Source: Candidatus Anderseniibacteriota bacterium (GTDB taxonomy: Bacteria > Patescibacteriota > JAUYIX01). Taken from it: a stretch of 64,000 nucleotides of DNA. A program made the translations under genes and the position numbers. The stretch spans positions 12,311 through 76,310 of the forward strand of contig JAXLZM010000003.1 in NCBI GenBank assembly GCA_046350855.1, in the 5' to 3' direction. Below, one piece after another: positions 30,030-40,129 of the stretch. How positions within the stretch are numbered: position 1 is the first letter of the stretch; the number at the start of each line of letters is the position of its first letter. Below the pieces are notes generated by a model that saw only the letters and a list, made by a program, of their open reading frames with translations, made no database searches and had not been told where the DNA came from.

Positions 30030-30106
30030 CGGGGTGTAGCTCAGTTGGCCAGAGCGTCCGGTTTGGGACCGGAAGGTCCGCGGTTCAAGTCCGCGCACCC
30101 CGACCA
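30030..30106 (+). tRNA. tRNA-Pro (anticodon TGG), CCA encoded
   Basis: CGGGGTG acceptor, anticodon stem TCCGG/CCGGA with loop TTTGGGA, T-arm CGCGGTTCAAGTCCGCG. Confidence 0.85.
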
Positions 30107-30115
30107 GAAAATTTA

Positions 30116-30904
30116 TTATCGCTTGGCGCTAACGCTCTCCTCCAACTGACGCAGGAGGTGTTCAACGTGCGTACGCTCACGCGTAACTTTGACCGGCTTG
30201 ATGCGTTCGCCTTTTGCCTTGCGCTTAACGAGCGCCAGCACGCGCGCACGGTGGGTATCTTTGTACTTGGTCGGCTTAAATGAGCCCGACAATTGCTTAA
30301 TCAAACGCTCGGCGAGTTGTTTTTCTTTTGCGGTGGGCTTGCTACCGGCAGAACCTTTACCGCCCGGCAAAATCTCATCGGCGTAGAGCATGGTGGTCAG
30401 TAAGATTGAATTGCCAAGAGGGCGTAAAGCGGCGATATATTGATTTTGCCGCATTACAAAGCTAACGATGGCAACTTTACCGGTCTCGCGCATGGCATCC
30501 CTAAAAAGCGCAAAGGATTTGCGGGCGTCTGCATCCGGTTCGACATAATACGTAGTCTGGTAGTACATCGGATCGATGCTCTCAAGATCCACAAAGTCAT
30601 GAATACTCAAAGTCCGGCTGGCCTTGGGATCGGCAGCGTCTAGTTCTGCCTGGGTAATCATGACGATTTTAGATTTGGAAAGTTGGTAGCCTTTGGCGAC
30701 GTGTGCGTAGGACACCTCGCGATCATCTTGCTCGCAGACGCGTTTTTCTCGGATGCGACCGCCATCTTTGTCGTGCACGTTATGGAAGTGCACCTCGCGA
30801 TGTCGTATCGCGCTAAACAATTTGACTGGGATATACACCAAGCCAAAGCTAATCGATCCGCTCCAGAGTGAGCGCGCCATCTTACCGTTTAGTTGTGGCC
30901 TCAA
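30116..30904 (-). CDS. ku: Non-homologous end joining protein Ku
   Basis: WSGSISFGLVYIPVKLFSA Ku core N-terminus, length 262 aa. Confidence 0.9.
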   Translation of the reverse strand: MRPQLNGKMARSLWSGSISFGLVYIPVKLFSAIRHREVHFHNVHDKDGGRIREKRVCEQDDREVSYAHVAKGYQLSKSKIVMITQAELDAADPKASRTLSIHDFVDLESIDPMYYQTTYYVEPDADARKSFALFRDAMRETGKVAIVSFVMRQNQYIAALRPLGNSILLTTMLYADEILPGGKGSAGSKPTAKEKQLAERLIKQLSGSFKPTKYKDTHRARVLALVKRKAKGERIKPVKVTRERTHVEHLLRQLEESVSAKR

Positions 30905-31211
30905 CCGTCACCGGCGCAACTCGCATACCTGCCACGCTGCTGCGCTTGATTGCTGCAATGAGAATGAGTTCGGTCAGGAGTATAATTGCGAGATAGCTAC
31001 CAATTCGGGCACAAAACGAGAGGACGGATGCCTGCGAAACATAGGAGAGCACGGCACCGCTCACGATTTGATAGACACCAGCAATGGCCAGCGTTTTGGC
31101 GAGCGGCTTAAAGAGGCGGCTGCGTCGAGCGAGTAGTGCGACGATGGTCGCGAGTACCAAAAGAGCGCTCGCAAGGGCACCGGCAAGATGAAAGATGAGT
31201 GGGAGGTTCAT
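30882..31211 (-). CDS. Hypothetical small membrane protein (three TM helices)
   Basis: Hydrophobic 109-aa ORF adjacent to ku. Weak. Confidence 0.3.
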   Translation of the reverse strand: MNLPLIFHLAGALASALLVLATIVALLARRSRLFKPLAKTLAIAGVYQIVSGAVLSYVSQASVLSFCARIGSYLAIILLTELILIAAIKRSSVAGMRVAPVTVEATTKR

Positions 31212-31223
31212 GCGGATATGCTA

Positions 31224-32573
31224 TCAAATCCGCTCGAGTACCACGAGCGACTCTACGTGCGGAGTGCGGGGGAAAAAATTGAACAACCGTGCAGTAGCAA
31301 TGCGATAGTGTGGCATGAGCACGGCCAGATCACGGGCTTGCGTGCTTACATTGCAGGACAGATACACGATCGTCTTGGGCCTAACGGCCGCCAGACGCTG
31401 TGCCACTTTGGCATGCAGACCGACTCGAGGCGGATCTACCACGACCGTGGCCTCGGGGGTAACCGCGTGGAGCGCTTGTTCGCTAGCAGCCGCCAGCACC
31501 GTCGTACCGAGCAACCCGGCTGCTTGGATATTCTGCTTAGCAAACGCTATCGCCTCAGGATGATTCTCGACCAAGGTCAACCGTTGCCCCGGATGAACCA
31601 AACTAATCCCGATCGACCCAACCCCGCTGTACAAATCAACCAAGGGAGCGCGCGGATCAATAAACGTACGCATCAGCTCGAGAGCTTGTTCAAAAACAGG
31701 CACGGTAACTTGAAAAAAACTCTCGAGTCCGTAGTGGAGCGTGTGACCAGCGATTTTTTGGGCCAACTCAAGTGACCCAACCTTGGCCAGCACGTCGTCT
31801 ACACGTGAGATCGGACTACGCGGATCGGAGTACAGTACCGCAAAACCAGCGAGACCTACTTTTTTAAGCTCCGGCAGCGACAACGGTAGATCGCGGTCCA
31901 TGACAAATAACCCTGCCACCACCCGCTCCCCGTCTGATCGCACTACGAGGCTCTTGAGTTGTTCAGCGGAGGCCGCCGACTCACGTAACCAGGCCAAAAT
32001 CGCCGTTGTGGCATGCGCAATTTCTGGGCGCGCTAAGGCACAGCCCTCGATGGCGAGGCGCCGATGCGTACCACGTTCAAAAAAAGCTAAGCTCAACTGC
32101 TTGGTACCCTCCACCCCAATCCTGTCGGCAAAGCTGAACTCCATTTTATTGCGGTAGCCATACGCCGCGGGGGCGTCGGTCAGCTCCAAATCCGATACCT
32201 CGAGATGGCCAATACGGGCAAAGGCTTCTTGGGCCGTTTTGATTTTCCAGTCGTGTTCGGCCGTTGCAGACAAACATTGCCAGGGCGCGCATGACAGATA
32301 ATGCGGCTCGCGTGGTTCGACCCGCTCAGCAGACGCATGTACCACTCGCACCGCTCGCGCCTCGGTCACCCCTCCGCGGCGACGCACACTCTCTGCGTCA
32401 ACCGTCTCTCCGGCCAGAGCGCCCCACACAAAAATGGTTCGGCCTGAATCCGCCCCCGACGCGGGTGCACAATGCGCCAACCCCTGGCCTCCAAAGACCA
32501 GTTTTTCGATTGTGAGTTCCCGCAGAATCTGACGAGGTTGCTGGTTCATCCCGGCACGATATACTAGACACAC
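31224..32573 (-). CDS. rlmD: 23S rRNA (uracil-5-)-methyltransferase RlmD/RumA-like (TRAM plus SAM-dependent methyltransferase)
   Basis: N-terminal TRAM-like region (LTIEKLVFGGQGLA) and a C-terminal class I SAM methyltransferase fold (DLYSGVGSIG...VDPPRVG). Confidence 0.75.
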   Translation of the reverse strand: MCLVYRAGMNQQPRQILRELTIEKLVFGGQGLAHCAPASGADSGRTIFVWGALAGETVDAESVRRRGGVTEARAVRVVHASAERVEPREPHYLSCAPWQCLSATAEHDWKIKTAQEAFARIGHLEVSDLELTDAPAAYGYRNKMEFSFADRIGVEGTKQLSLAFFERGTHRRLAIEGCALARPEIAHATTAILAWLRESAASAEQLKSLVVRSDGERVVAGLFVMDRDLPLSLPELKKVGLAGFAVLYSDPRSPISRVDDVLAKVGSLELAQKIAGHTLHYGLESFFQVTVPVFEQALELMRTFIDPRAPLVDLYSGVGSIGISLVHPGQRLTLVENHPEAIAFAKQNIQAAGLLGTTVLAAASEQALHAVTPEATVVVDPPRVGLHAKVAQRLAAVRPKTIVYLSCNVSTQARDLAVLMPHYRIATARLFNFFPRTPHVESLVVLERI

Positions 32574-32593
32574 TTACTTTTAAACCTACGCAC

Positions 32594-33022
32594 ATGCCAA
32601 CGATTGAACTTAACTACTGGGCCATCTTAGTCGCAACCGCCGCCGCCATGGTGATCGGCACGATTTGGTATGCTCGTCCCGTTTTTGGCCGAACCTGGAT
32701 GTCGCTCGTCAACCTCACCCCAGAAAAAGCCAAAAAAGGCGCAGCCCTTGGACTCCTCGGCATGTTGGTGTTTGCTTTTGTGCAGGCCTACATCTTGGCC
32801 CACTTTATTACCATCGCGATCGGTTCGCCCTTCTTTACTACTACGACCGATTTGATGCAGGGCATCTACACCGCCTTTTGGGGATGGCTCGGGTTTGTCG
32901 TCCCGGTTTTGATCGCCGGTCCCCTCTTTGCGCGCACCAGCTGGAAGCTCTTCTTTATCGGGGCCGGTAATCAGTTCGTGACTCTCATCGCCATGGGTGC
33001 CATTTTGGGCGCCTGGCGTTAA
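32594..33022 (+). CDS. DUF1761-family membrane protein
   Basis: Four TM helices and the WY...FG..W signature. Confidence 0.5.
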   Translation: MPTIELNYWAILVATAAAMVIGTIWYARPVFGRTWMSLVNLTPEKAKKGAALGLLGMLVFAFVQAYILAHFITIAIGSPFFTTTTDLMQGIYTAFWGWLGFVVPVLIAGPLFARTSWKLFFIGAGNQFVTLIAMGAILGAWR

Positions 33023-33030
33023 GTTACGTT

Positions 33031-34233
33031 TTGGTCGCACCGGTGGAACCACACACCAAAAAAATCTGGCTGACCACTGCAATCGTTGTGGTCGTGCTGG
33101 CCGCCCTCGGTGTGATTCTCTTTTTTGTACTGCGTGCTCGGTCGGATACAACCGCTACGACAAACACTGCCGTCGTTACTCAAACGCAGACACCCACGGC
33201 CACCCCGGTGGTTCCGCCAGCTACTAGCAAAGCGACCGAGACGGTGGTCAGCAACCTAGAAATTCCCTGGGAACTTGTCTTTGTTCTAGACAATCACATG
33301 CTCGTCACCGAGCGAGCCGGTACCCTCCTCCATATCAGTGACAAAAAAACGGCGCTCCCCATCGCAGGTGTCGAGCACCTCGGTGAGAGTGGCCTCTTAG
33401 GGCTCGAACTCCATCCTGATTTTGCCACCAATCATCAGCTCTATCTGTACCTGACGACGCGCACGGGTGACAAAATTACCAACCGGGTCGACCGCTACGA
33501 ATTTGATGGGGTGAGTCTGAGTAACAAAAAGACGATTATCGAAAACATCCCAGGCGAGGCCAACCATGACGGTGGACGAATCAAATTTGGTCCGGATGGC
33601 AAGCTCTACATCGCAACTGGCGACGGACAGGATCAGTTTCAGGCGCAAAACACCAAGGTACTGCACGGCAAAATTCTGCGCGTCAACGAAGATGGCTCCA
33701 TCCCGAGCGACAACCCCTTTGGTAACGCAGTCTGGAGCATCGGCCATCGCAACGTACAGGGACTGGCTTGGGACGACCAGGGTCGACTCTGGGCGACCGA
33801 GCACGGCCCGTCCGCCGACTGTCCGCTTTGTGGCCAGGACGAACTCAACCTGATCGAAAAAGGTAAAAATTATGGCTGGCCGACCATCGTGGGTGACCAA
33901 AAACAGGATGGCCTCGTATCGCCAATCTTGCATTCGGGAGCGGACAAGGACACCTGGGCGCCCTCCGGTATGGTCTTTTACAAAAAGCCAGGAGCTAAGC
34001 AGGGTAGCTTCTTTTTTGCGGGGCTGCGAGGTGAGACTCTCTACGAGGCCAAGCTGACCGGTGACCGATCGGTTAAGCTGGTCGAACACTTTAAAGGACA
34101 GTTTGGCCGACTACGCACGGTGGTCATCGGGCCGGATGGGTTCTTTTATCTGCTGACCAATAACACCGATGGTCGCGGCACACCCAAAGAAGGCGACGAC
34201 AAAATCATCAAGATTGACCCGACCCAGCTCTAG
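33031..34233 (+). CDS. PQQ-dependent sugar dehydrogenase (soluble glucose/sorbosone dehydrogenase family), membrane-anchored
   Basis: N-terminal TM, then a beta-propeller GSDH signature (HDGGRIKFGPDGKLY, GHRNVQGLAWD). Confidence 0.75.
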   Translation: MVAPVEPHTKKIWLTTAIVVVVLAALGVILFFVLRARSDTTATTNTAVVTQTQTPTATPVVPPATSKATETVVSNLEIPWELVFVLDNHMLVTERAGTLLHISDKKTALPIAGVEHLGESGLLGLELHPDFATNHQLYLYLTTRTGDKITNRVDRYEFDGVSLSNKKTIIENIPGEANHDGGRIKFGPDGKLYIATGDGQDQFQAQNTKVLHGKILRVNEDGSIPSDNPFGNAVWSIGHRNVQGLAWDDQGRLWATEHGPSADCPLCGQDELNLIEKGKNYGWPTIVGDQKQDGLVSPILHSGADKDTWAPSGMVFYKKPGAKQGSFFFAGLRGETLYEAKLTGDRSVKLVEHFKGQFGRLRTVVIGPDGFFYLLTNNTDGRGTPKEGDDKIIKIDPTQL

Positions 34234-34254
34234 CGGCTAGGCTAGCGGTTACTA

Positions 34255-34329
34255 GCGGGTATCGTATAACGGCTAGTACGCGGGTTTTCCAAACCTGCAG
34301 CGCGGGTTCAACTCCCGCTACCCGCTCCA
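34255..34329 (+). tRNA. tRNA-Gly (anticodon TCC), CCA encoded
   Basis: GCGGGTA acceptor, anticodon loop tTTCCAa, T-arm GCGGGTTCAACTCCCGC. Confidence 0.85.
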
Positions 34330-34400
34330 CGTAAAAAAGAAGCCCCGTTGAAGAACGCTGGTTATAACATGGCCACCTCGACTGTGCTATCTATAGAGTC

Positions 34401-36842
34401 ATGTACACCTGTCCCATGCATCCCCAAATCCGGCAGAACCATCCGGGCACTTGTCCAATTTGCGGCATGGCGCTGGTACGTGAGGGGGCTGCGCAGACCA
34501 AACGCACGATCAAGGATTTTTTGCCGCTCATCGTGATTTTTGCGGTGATATTTGGGTTGACGGCACTGTTTTCTGGGCTGCATGAAGGCAACTCGGCGGC
34601 CGGTTTTGACTGGCTCTACGCCATGCGCTTTTTTGAAGCCTTTTTCTTTATTACCTTTAGCGCGTTTAAACTGCTTAATCTCAAAGGCTTTGTGGAGGCC
34701 TATCAAACGTATGACTTGCTCGCCAAGCGTAGCCGCGCGTACGCCTATGCCTACCCTTTTATCGAACTGCTCCTTGGTGCAGCATATTTATTTAACCAAT
34801 TTGTGCCGGTGGTGGCAGCTATCACACTGCTGCTCATGCTGATCGGGGCGATTGGAGTGGCTCGGGAGCTACGCAAAAAGCGTCAGATTAACTGCGCCTG
34901 CCTTGGTGTAGTATTTAAGTTACCAATGACCTGGGTGACCTTTATTGAAGACATCGTGATGGCCGTTATGGCAGCGATCATGCTGGTCGCGAGTATCGCG
35001 CCGACCCCGCGCGCCAGTGCCCAAACGGTCGAGGATCTGGTACGCGTGGCGGGCGCCAACCGCTACGAGACTTCGGTCGCGGTCTCTCAGCAGCTTTTTC
35101 CGGCGGCGGACTCGACCGATGGAGTGGTACTCAGTACTGGCCTCAACTTCGCGGACGCACTTGCCGGCGTCACACTCGCCCACCGGATCGATGCGCCACT
35201 GATGCTGATTGAGCCGCACCAAATCCCCGCTACCGTCTGGGATGAACTGCAACGGGTTCTGCCAGAAGACACCGAGCGCGTGGTGTATTTGCTGGGCGGT
35301 ACAAACGCAATCGATGCCAACCAAGAGGCGGTCATCCAAGACCACGGCTACGACGTGGTACGCATTGAGGGCTCGGATCGGATTAGCACGGCTCTTGCGC
35401 TCGCTGATGTTGAAAAAGCACAACGCGGCTCGGCGCCCGAGACGTACTACTTGGTCAATGGCTATCGTTTTCCGGATGCCCTCTCGATTGCACCGCGTGC
35501 CGCTATCGATGGTGATCAAGTCTTGCTAACCGGCTCGAGTAGCCTGGATAGTCGTACCCTCTCGTACCTCCTCAACAACCGTCCTCTCTCCGGCGTGGTC
35601 ACGATCATCGGCGGTGATGCCGTGGTGCCAGAGACCTTTGCCACGCAGTTGCGCGCCCAGGGCTTTACGGTAAATCGGATCTATGGCCCGACGCGCTACG
35701 CCACCTCCCGCGCGGTGGCTGACACGTTTGTGGACGTCAACGCGGGAGAACCCAGCACAATCGGTGTCGCCAGCGGTGAGAATTTTCCCGATGCGTTAGC
35801 GGCGGCGGTTCATCTAGCGGAGCAAAACGCGCCACTCCTGCTCGAGAAAAAAGATTTGTTCTTTACGGGCTGCATCGAGACCAGTGATTACATCCAGGAT
35901 CATGAGGCCACCATCGCCGACGGCTTTTTGTACGGCGGAACGGCGGTCTTTACGACCGAGGACGAGGACATGCTGGATGGCGCGATCCAAGGCACGGTTC
36001 CGTTTAACTGCGAGACGACTATTGCGGGCTGCCAAATCTTTCCCAGTGACAGCGTTTGGAACAGCAACATAAGCGCGTATCCTGTTCATCCGAACTCGGC
36101 TAATTACATCAACAGCATCATGTCCGGTCGGCAGTTTTTACATGCGGACTTTGGATCCAATCCTGACTATGGGATTCCGATCACGGTCGTGCCGAGCAGC
36201 CAGCCCCTCGTCCCGATGAGTTTTGATGTACCGAGCGAGAGCGATCCAGGTCCGTACCCGTTCCCGGCCAATGCTAAGGTAGAAGTGGGGAGCGACCATC
36301 ATGTCTTGGTGGTACAACAAGGCGCCTGTGATTTGTACGAAACCTTTGACTCAACCTTTACCAACCCAGGTTGGCATGCCTTCGCTGGTGCTAAATTTGA
36401 TTTGACCACGGGAACGCAGCGACCGGACTACTGGACTTCGGCCGACGCGGCGGGTCTGCCGATTATGCCGGGCCTGGTGCGTTATGACGAGGTTGCGAGT
36501 GGCTCGATCAATCACGCTCTGCGCTTTACGGTTAGCGAGAGCCAGCGCGCGTTTATTCACCCGGCTACGCACTATGCCAGTAGCGATACCAGTTCAAACG
36601 TACCGCCGATGGGGTTACGCCTCCGGCTCAAGGCCAGCTTTGATACCTCACCCTACTATGGCCAAGCCCGCGTGATCCTTGAGGCCCTCAAGAAGCACGG
36701 CATGTTTGTGGCCGACAATGGCAGCGACTGGTTTATTAGCGGCGAGACCGACAGCCGTTGGAACGATACCGATCTCGATCAACTCAAGGGTATCTCAGGC
36801 AACAATTTTGAGGCCATCGACACCGGGCCGCTGATTTTTTAG
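34401..36842 (+). CDS. Multidomain envelope protein: N-terminal heavy-metal-binding motif (YTCPMHP...PGTCPICGM), MauE/DoxX-like multi-TM domain, three or four CWB2 cell-wall-binding repeats, about 300-aa C-terminal domain of unknown function
   Basis: CPMHP/CPICGM twin motif as in copper-ATPase and CusB-associated HMBD, 4-5 TM helices, repeated GxNRYETS...ADAL modules of CWB2, and a C-terminal domain with no match. Confidence 0.6.
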   Translation: MYTCPMHPQIRQNHPGTCPICGMALVREGAAQTKRTIKDFLPLIVIFAVIFGLTALFSGLHEGNSAAGFDWLYAMRFFEAFFFITFSAFKLLNLKGFVEAYQTYDLLAKRSRAYAYAYPFIELLLGAAYLFNQFVPVVAAITLLLMLIGAIGVARELRKKRQINCACLGVVFKLPMTWVTFIEDIVMAVMAAIMLVASIAPTPRASAQTVEDLVRVAGANRYETSVAVSQQLFPAADSTDGVVLSTGLNFADALAGVTLAHRIDAPLMLIEPHQIPATVWDELQRVLPEDTERVVYLLGGTNAIDANQEAVIQDHGYDVVRIEGSDRISTALALADVEKAQRGSAPETYYLVNGYRFPDALSIAPRAAIDGDQVLLTGSSSLDSRTLSYLLNNRPLSGVVTIIGGDAVVPETFATQLRAQGFTVNRIYGPTRYATSRAVADTFVDVNAGEPSTIGVASGENFPDALAAAVHLAEQNAPLLLEKKDLFFTGCIETSDYIQDHEATIADGFLYGGTAVFTTEDEDMLDGAIQGTVPFNCETTIAGCQIFPSDSVWNSNISAYPVHPNSANYINSIMSGRQFLHADFGSNPDYGIPITVVPSSQPLVPMSFDVPSESDPGPYPFPANAKVEVGSDHHVLVVQQGACDLYETFDSTFTNPGWHAFAGAKFDLTTGTQRPDYWTSADAAGLPIMPGLVRYDEVASGSINHALRFTVSESQRAFIHPATHYASSDTSSNVPPMGLRLRLKASFDTSPYYGQARVILEALKKHGMFVADNGSDWFISGETDSRWNDTDLDQLKGISGNNFEAIDTGPLIF

Positions 36843-36896
36843 ATACGGAAAAAGGGCCACCAACGGTGATGGCCCTGCGCTCTCAGTTTAGAGCGG

Positions 36897-37826
36897 CTAG
36901 TGTTGCTCGATCGGATGAACCCGGACGACGTACCCATAGGTCGTGTTGTCGACCAGGATGGACGTCGGCTCGATCGCCTCGATGACGTGCGTCTTACTCA
37001 GCTCGGCAAGTCCCTCCGACAGAACAGTTGGGTACTCGCTGTGTTGTATCCACATGCGGAGAGTGTGCTCGTTATCCCAGTGCCACCAGTACTCGTTGAT
37101 TCGAACGATGTACAGATAGTCGGCTTGAACGGGGTCGATGACGTACCGCTGACCCGGGTCGCCTGCATCTTCGCTGGCTTGGAGCTTGTCATCGACGACC
37201 GCTGCAGGGTTCTTGCCCGCGGCCGCGGTCTCATAGCGGTTGCGCCCATTGATCGGAACACGCGCCACATCTTTGAGTCCGGCATGCGCTGGTACGTACA
37301 AGTGCGCGGCTTCCCACTTGCCCAAGGTGGCGCGACTGGCAAAACCCCAATAGACCCAGGGTGAACTTACGAACCCGCCCTTACGCACGGCAAAATGCAG
37401 ATGGGTCTTCCAGTGGCCATTATGATTTGAGTCGCCAACCCTACCGATGGTCTGTCCGCGATTAACCATTTGTCCTGGCCGAACCGCAAACGAGCGTGCA
37501 TCAATGTGTCCGTACAAACTCACTACGGCAGAGCCCGTTACATTTTTGTGTGCAATCAAAATCAAACCACCCCAATCGTGGTAGCCCGGAAAGTTTGCCG
37601 TTAAAACGACGGTGCCGTTAGCAGCCGCATGCACGGGGGTACCGGCAGGAGCCTCAACGTCTTCGCCCAAGTGCACCTCGCCCCCATACGGACTCCCAAA
37701 CTGAAACTCCGGATCAATGATCCAGCTTTGATCCAGTGGAAACTGCCAAACCCCAGCCAACGAGGCACTCGCCGTCAGCGCAAAAAACAAAAAAGCGAGC
37801 AGCAACAAAGGAAGTTTAGTTCTCAC
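36897..37826 (-). CDS. Secreted M23-family (LytM-like) peptidase
   Basis: Signal peptide, HxxxD (HLGEDV) and HxH (HLHF) M23 motifs. Confidence 0.7.
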   Translation of the reverse strand: MRTKLPLLLLAFLFFALTASASLAGVWQFPLDQSWIIDPEFQFGSPYGGEVHLGEDVEAPAGTPVHAAANGTVVLTANFPGYHDWGGLILIAHKNVTGSAVVSLYGHIDARSFAVRPGQMVNRGQTIGRVGDSNHNGHWKTHLHFAVRKGGFVSSPWVYWGFASRATLGKWEAAHLYVPAHAGLKDVARVPINGRNRYETAAAGKNPAAVVDDKLQASEDAGDPGQRYVIDPVQADYLYIVRINEYWWHWDNEHTLRMWIQHSEYPTVLSEGLAELSKTHVIEAIEPTSILVDNTTYGYVVRVHPIEQH

Positions 37827-37913
37827 AGCCAGTAGTATAGCGCAAAAAACGCCAAAAAACTTGACAAAGGCCTAAATTCGCGCTATTATGGTGATGTTCG
37901 CAAAAATACTTCT

Positions 37914-38648
37914 ATGCGCGTGACCTCAGACCAGCTCCACTCCCAAACGTCACGCGGTTTTGCGTTTGGATACCGCCTCGCCGTCATCGCAGTGGCGCTC
38001 TTTGGTATCGGCACGCTCCTCACCTGGACGAACCACTCTGCCAAAGCAGCCTTACTCCCCGCAGTCTCTGCAAAACAAGCCGGACACGACCAGCTCGAGC
38101 GACCAACCGTGCAGAGCGTCGCTAGTTCTGCCAAAAAAACAGAACTTGCTCAAGGTGCCGTTGCTACCGCCACCCTCAAAGCACGTGCGGTCACGGTTCA
38201 GTCAGAATTGGGTGTCCCAGAAGAACTCAAAGAAGGCATCGACGTCGACAAACCAGGCAACCCCGCTCCGCGCCAGCTGTTGCCCCACCGCAATGCCTAT
38301 AAATACATCGTGGTTGACCTCTCCGAACAACGTGTCTATGCAAAAATTGATGGGGTCACAGTCTTTACCGACTTAGTTTCTACCGGTTTAACCGGTCCAA
38401 CACTCATTGGACATTACAAGGTTATGACCAAGATCCCAGTCGGCTGTATGTCCGGCCCAGGGTATAGCCTCTGCAACATCCATTACATTATGTACTACGA
38501 TGGCGCAGGTCGTAGCTTGCATGAGGCCTGGTGGCACAATAACTTTGGACACCCTATGAGTCACGGCTGCGTCAACATGCGCTATGCCACCGCCAAGTGG
38601 TTCTACGAGTTTGCGCGGGTCGGTACGGACATCTACATCAAGCAGTAG
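37914..38648 (+). CDS. L,D-transpeptidase (YkuD domain), membrane-anchored
   Basis: Catalytic HGCVNM motif and YkuD fold features. Confidence 0.8.
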   Translation: MRVTSDQLHSQTSRGFAFGYRLAVIAVALFGIGTLLTWTNHSAKAALLPAVSAKQAGHDQLERPTVQSVASSAKKTELAQGAVATATLKARAVTVQSELGVPEELKEGIDVDKPGNPAPRQLLPHRNAYKYIVVDLSEQRVYAKIDGVTVFTDLVSTGLTGPTLIGHYKVMTKIPVGCMSGPGYSLCNIHYIMYYDGAGRSLHEAWWHNNFGHPMSHGCVNMRYATAKWFYEFARVGTDIYIKQ

Positions 38649-38683
38649 CACCAACCGCGCGAGGTACGCTACACTGTGGGCAT

Positions 38684-40108
38684 ATGAAACTTCCCACACG
38701 TTTTTTAGTTAGTGCGCTTTTGGCGCTTGCACTCGTTGTTGTCGCCCAACCGGCAGCTGCAGCACAAACCAAGACCGTCAAAGTTGCGGCAGATACCACT
38801 GCGCCTGGTTCACCCGTGGACATTGGGGCCTTTCCGACAACTAAAACCGCGAGTGACCAGTTCACCATTTTTTGGGAGAACCCGACCGACCCCTCGGACA
38901 TTGAGGCGGCCTGGTACAAGCTCGACAGCGCCCCCACCTCCAATAGCGACGGTACGCGCGTGGCGGATGTGACCGATCCCTCGACCCCAACTATCGGTTT
39001 GATCCCCGCTCTCACCACCGGTGGCCGAACCACCCGCACCCTCTACCTCTGGCTCGAGGATGGAGCCGCCAACCTGGACTACACCACCAATGTGAGCGTG
39101 ACCCTGCGACCCGAGGGCACGACCGACAAGATTATCCGCGTGGCAGGAAATGACCGCTACGAAACCGCCGTCGCGACCAGTAAAAAAATCTTTCCGGTAA
39201 ATCAGACGGCCGATGCGGTGTTGCTTGCCAACGGTACCTCGACGGCTGACGCCCTGGCTGGGGTCCCACTCGGCTTTACCGCCAACGGCCCAATCTTATT
39301 GATCAAGGCAGGCGAGATTCCAAGTGCGGTCTACGCGGAGTTACAACGCGTTTTGCCCGCGGCCGGTCGAGTCTACATTTTGGGCGGTACGGCCGTGATC
39401 AATCAGGCCCAGGAGGATTTTTTGGTCAACGCCGGCTACAACGTCAAACGGCTGGCGGGAGCCAACCGCATGATCACCTCGGTCCAAATCATGGATGAAC
39501 TCGATCTCCTGCGTGGGACCAACCCGGATCATATCTATCTAGTCAACGGCTTTGCCCCAGCGGATGCCCTCTCGATCGCGCCGCTAGCAGCCTACCTCCA
39601 AGATGGTATCGCCCTGACCGAGTCAGGTGATCTAACTCAGGTGGTGCGTGACTACGCCAATACGCACCTGAGCAGCCTCACGAGCGTGACGCTGATTGGC
39701 GGTACCGCGGTACTCCCTAGTTCGATCTCTACCCTCTTTAGCAGTGCCGGCTATACGGTCGATCGCATCGGCGGAGTCAACCGGTATGACACCTCGCGTC
39801 TTATTGCTGACAAATACGTGGATGATGTTCCCCTGGCACCCCCCGGTGTGGCGATCGCGAGTGGCACCGCTCTCGCGGATGCTTTACCCGCCGGAGTACA
39901 CGCCGCGGCGCAGCTCTACCCAATGCTCCTGGTGCCTAAAGATGTTACGTCGGCAACGTGTGGTCGCACGGTCGACTTTTTACAGGACTACGCCAGTCGT
40001 ATCCAGGGTGGCTATCTCTACGGTGGTGACGCGGTCGTGACCGGAACGAGCGAGAGCCTGATGGAGCAAATGATCGACGGATCACTCAACTTTGGCTGTC
40101 CCGTCTAA
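38684..40108 (+). CDS. Secreted protein with three CWB2 cell-wall-binding repeats
   Basis: Signal peptide plus three GNDRYETA...ADALAG repeats. Start set at MKLPTRF. Confidence 0.65.
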   Translation: MKLPTRFLVSALLALALVVVAQPAAAAQTKTVKVAADTTAPGSPVDIGAFPTTKTASDQFTIFWENPTDPSDIEAAWYKLDSAPTSNSDGTRVADVTDPSTPTIGLIPALTTGGRTTRTLYLWLEDGAANLDYTTNVSVTLRPEGTTDKIIRVAGNDRYETAVATSKKIFPVNQTADAVLLANGTSTADALAGVPLGFTANGPILLIKAGEIPSAVYAELQRVLPAAGRVYILGGTAVINQAQEDFLVNAGYNVKRLAGANRMITSVQIMDELDLLRGTNPDHIYLVNGFAPADALSIAPLAAYLQDGIALTESGDLTQVVRDYANTHLSSLTSVTLIGGTAVLPSSISTLFSSAGYTVDRIGGVNRYDTSRLIADKYVDDVPLAPPGVAIASGTALADALPAGVHAAAQLYPMLLVPKDVTSATCGRTVDFLQDYASRIQGGYLYGGDAVVTGTSESLMEQMIDGSLNFGCPV

Positions 40109-40129
40109 GGCTTAGCTGCTCCGGACTCC

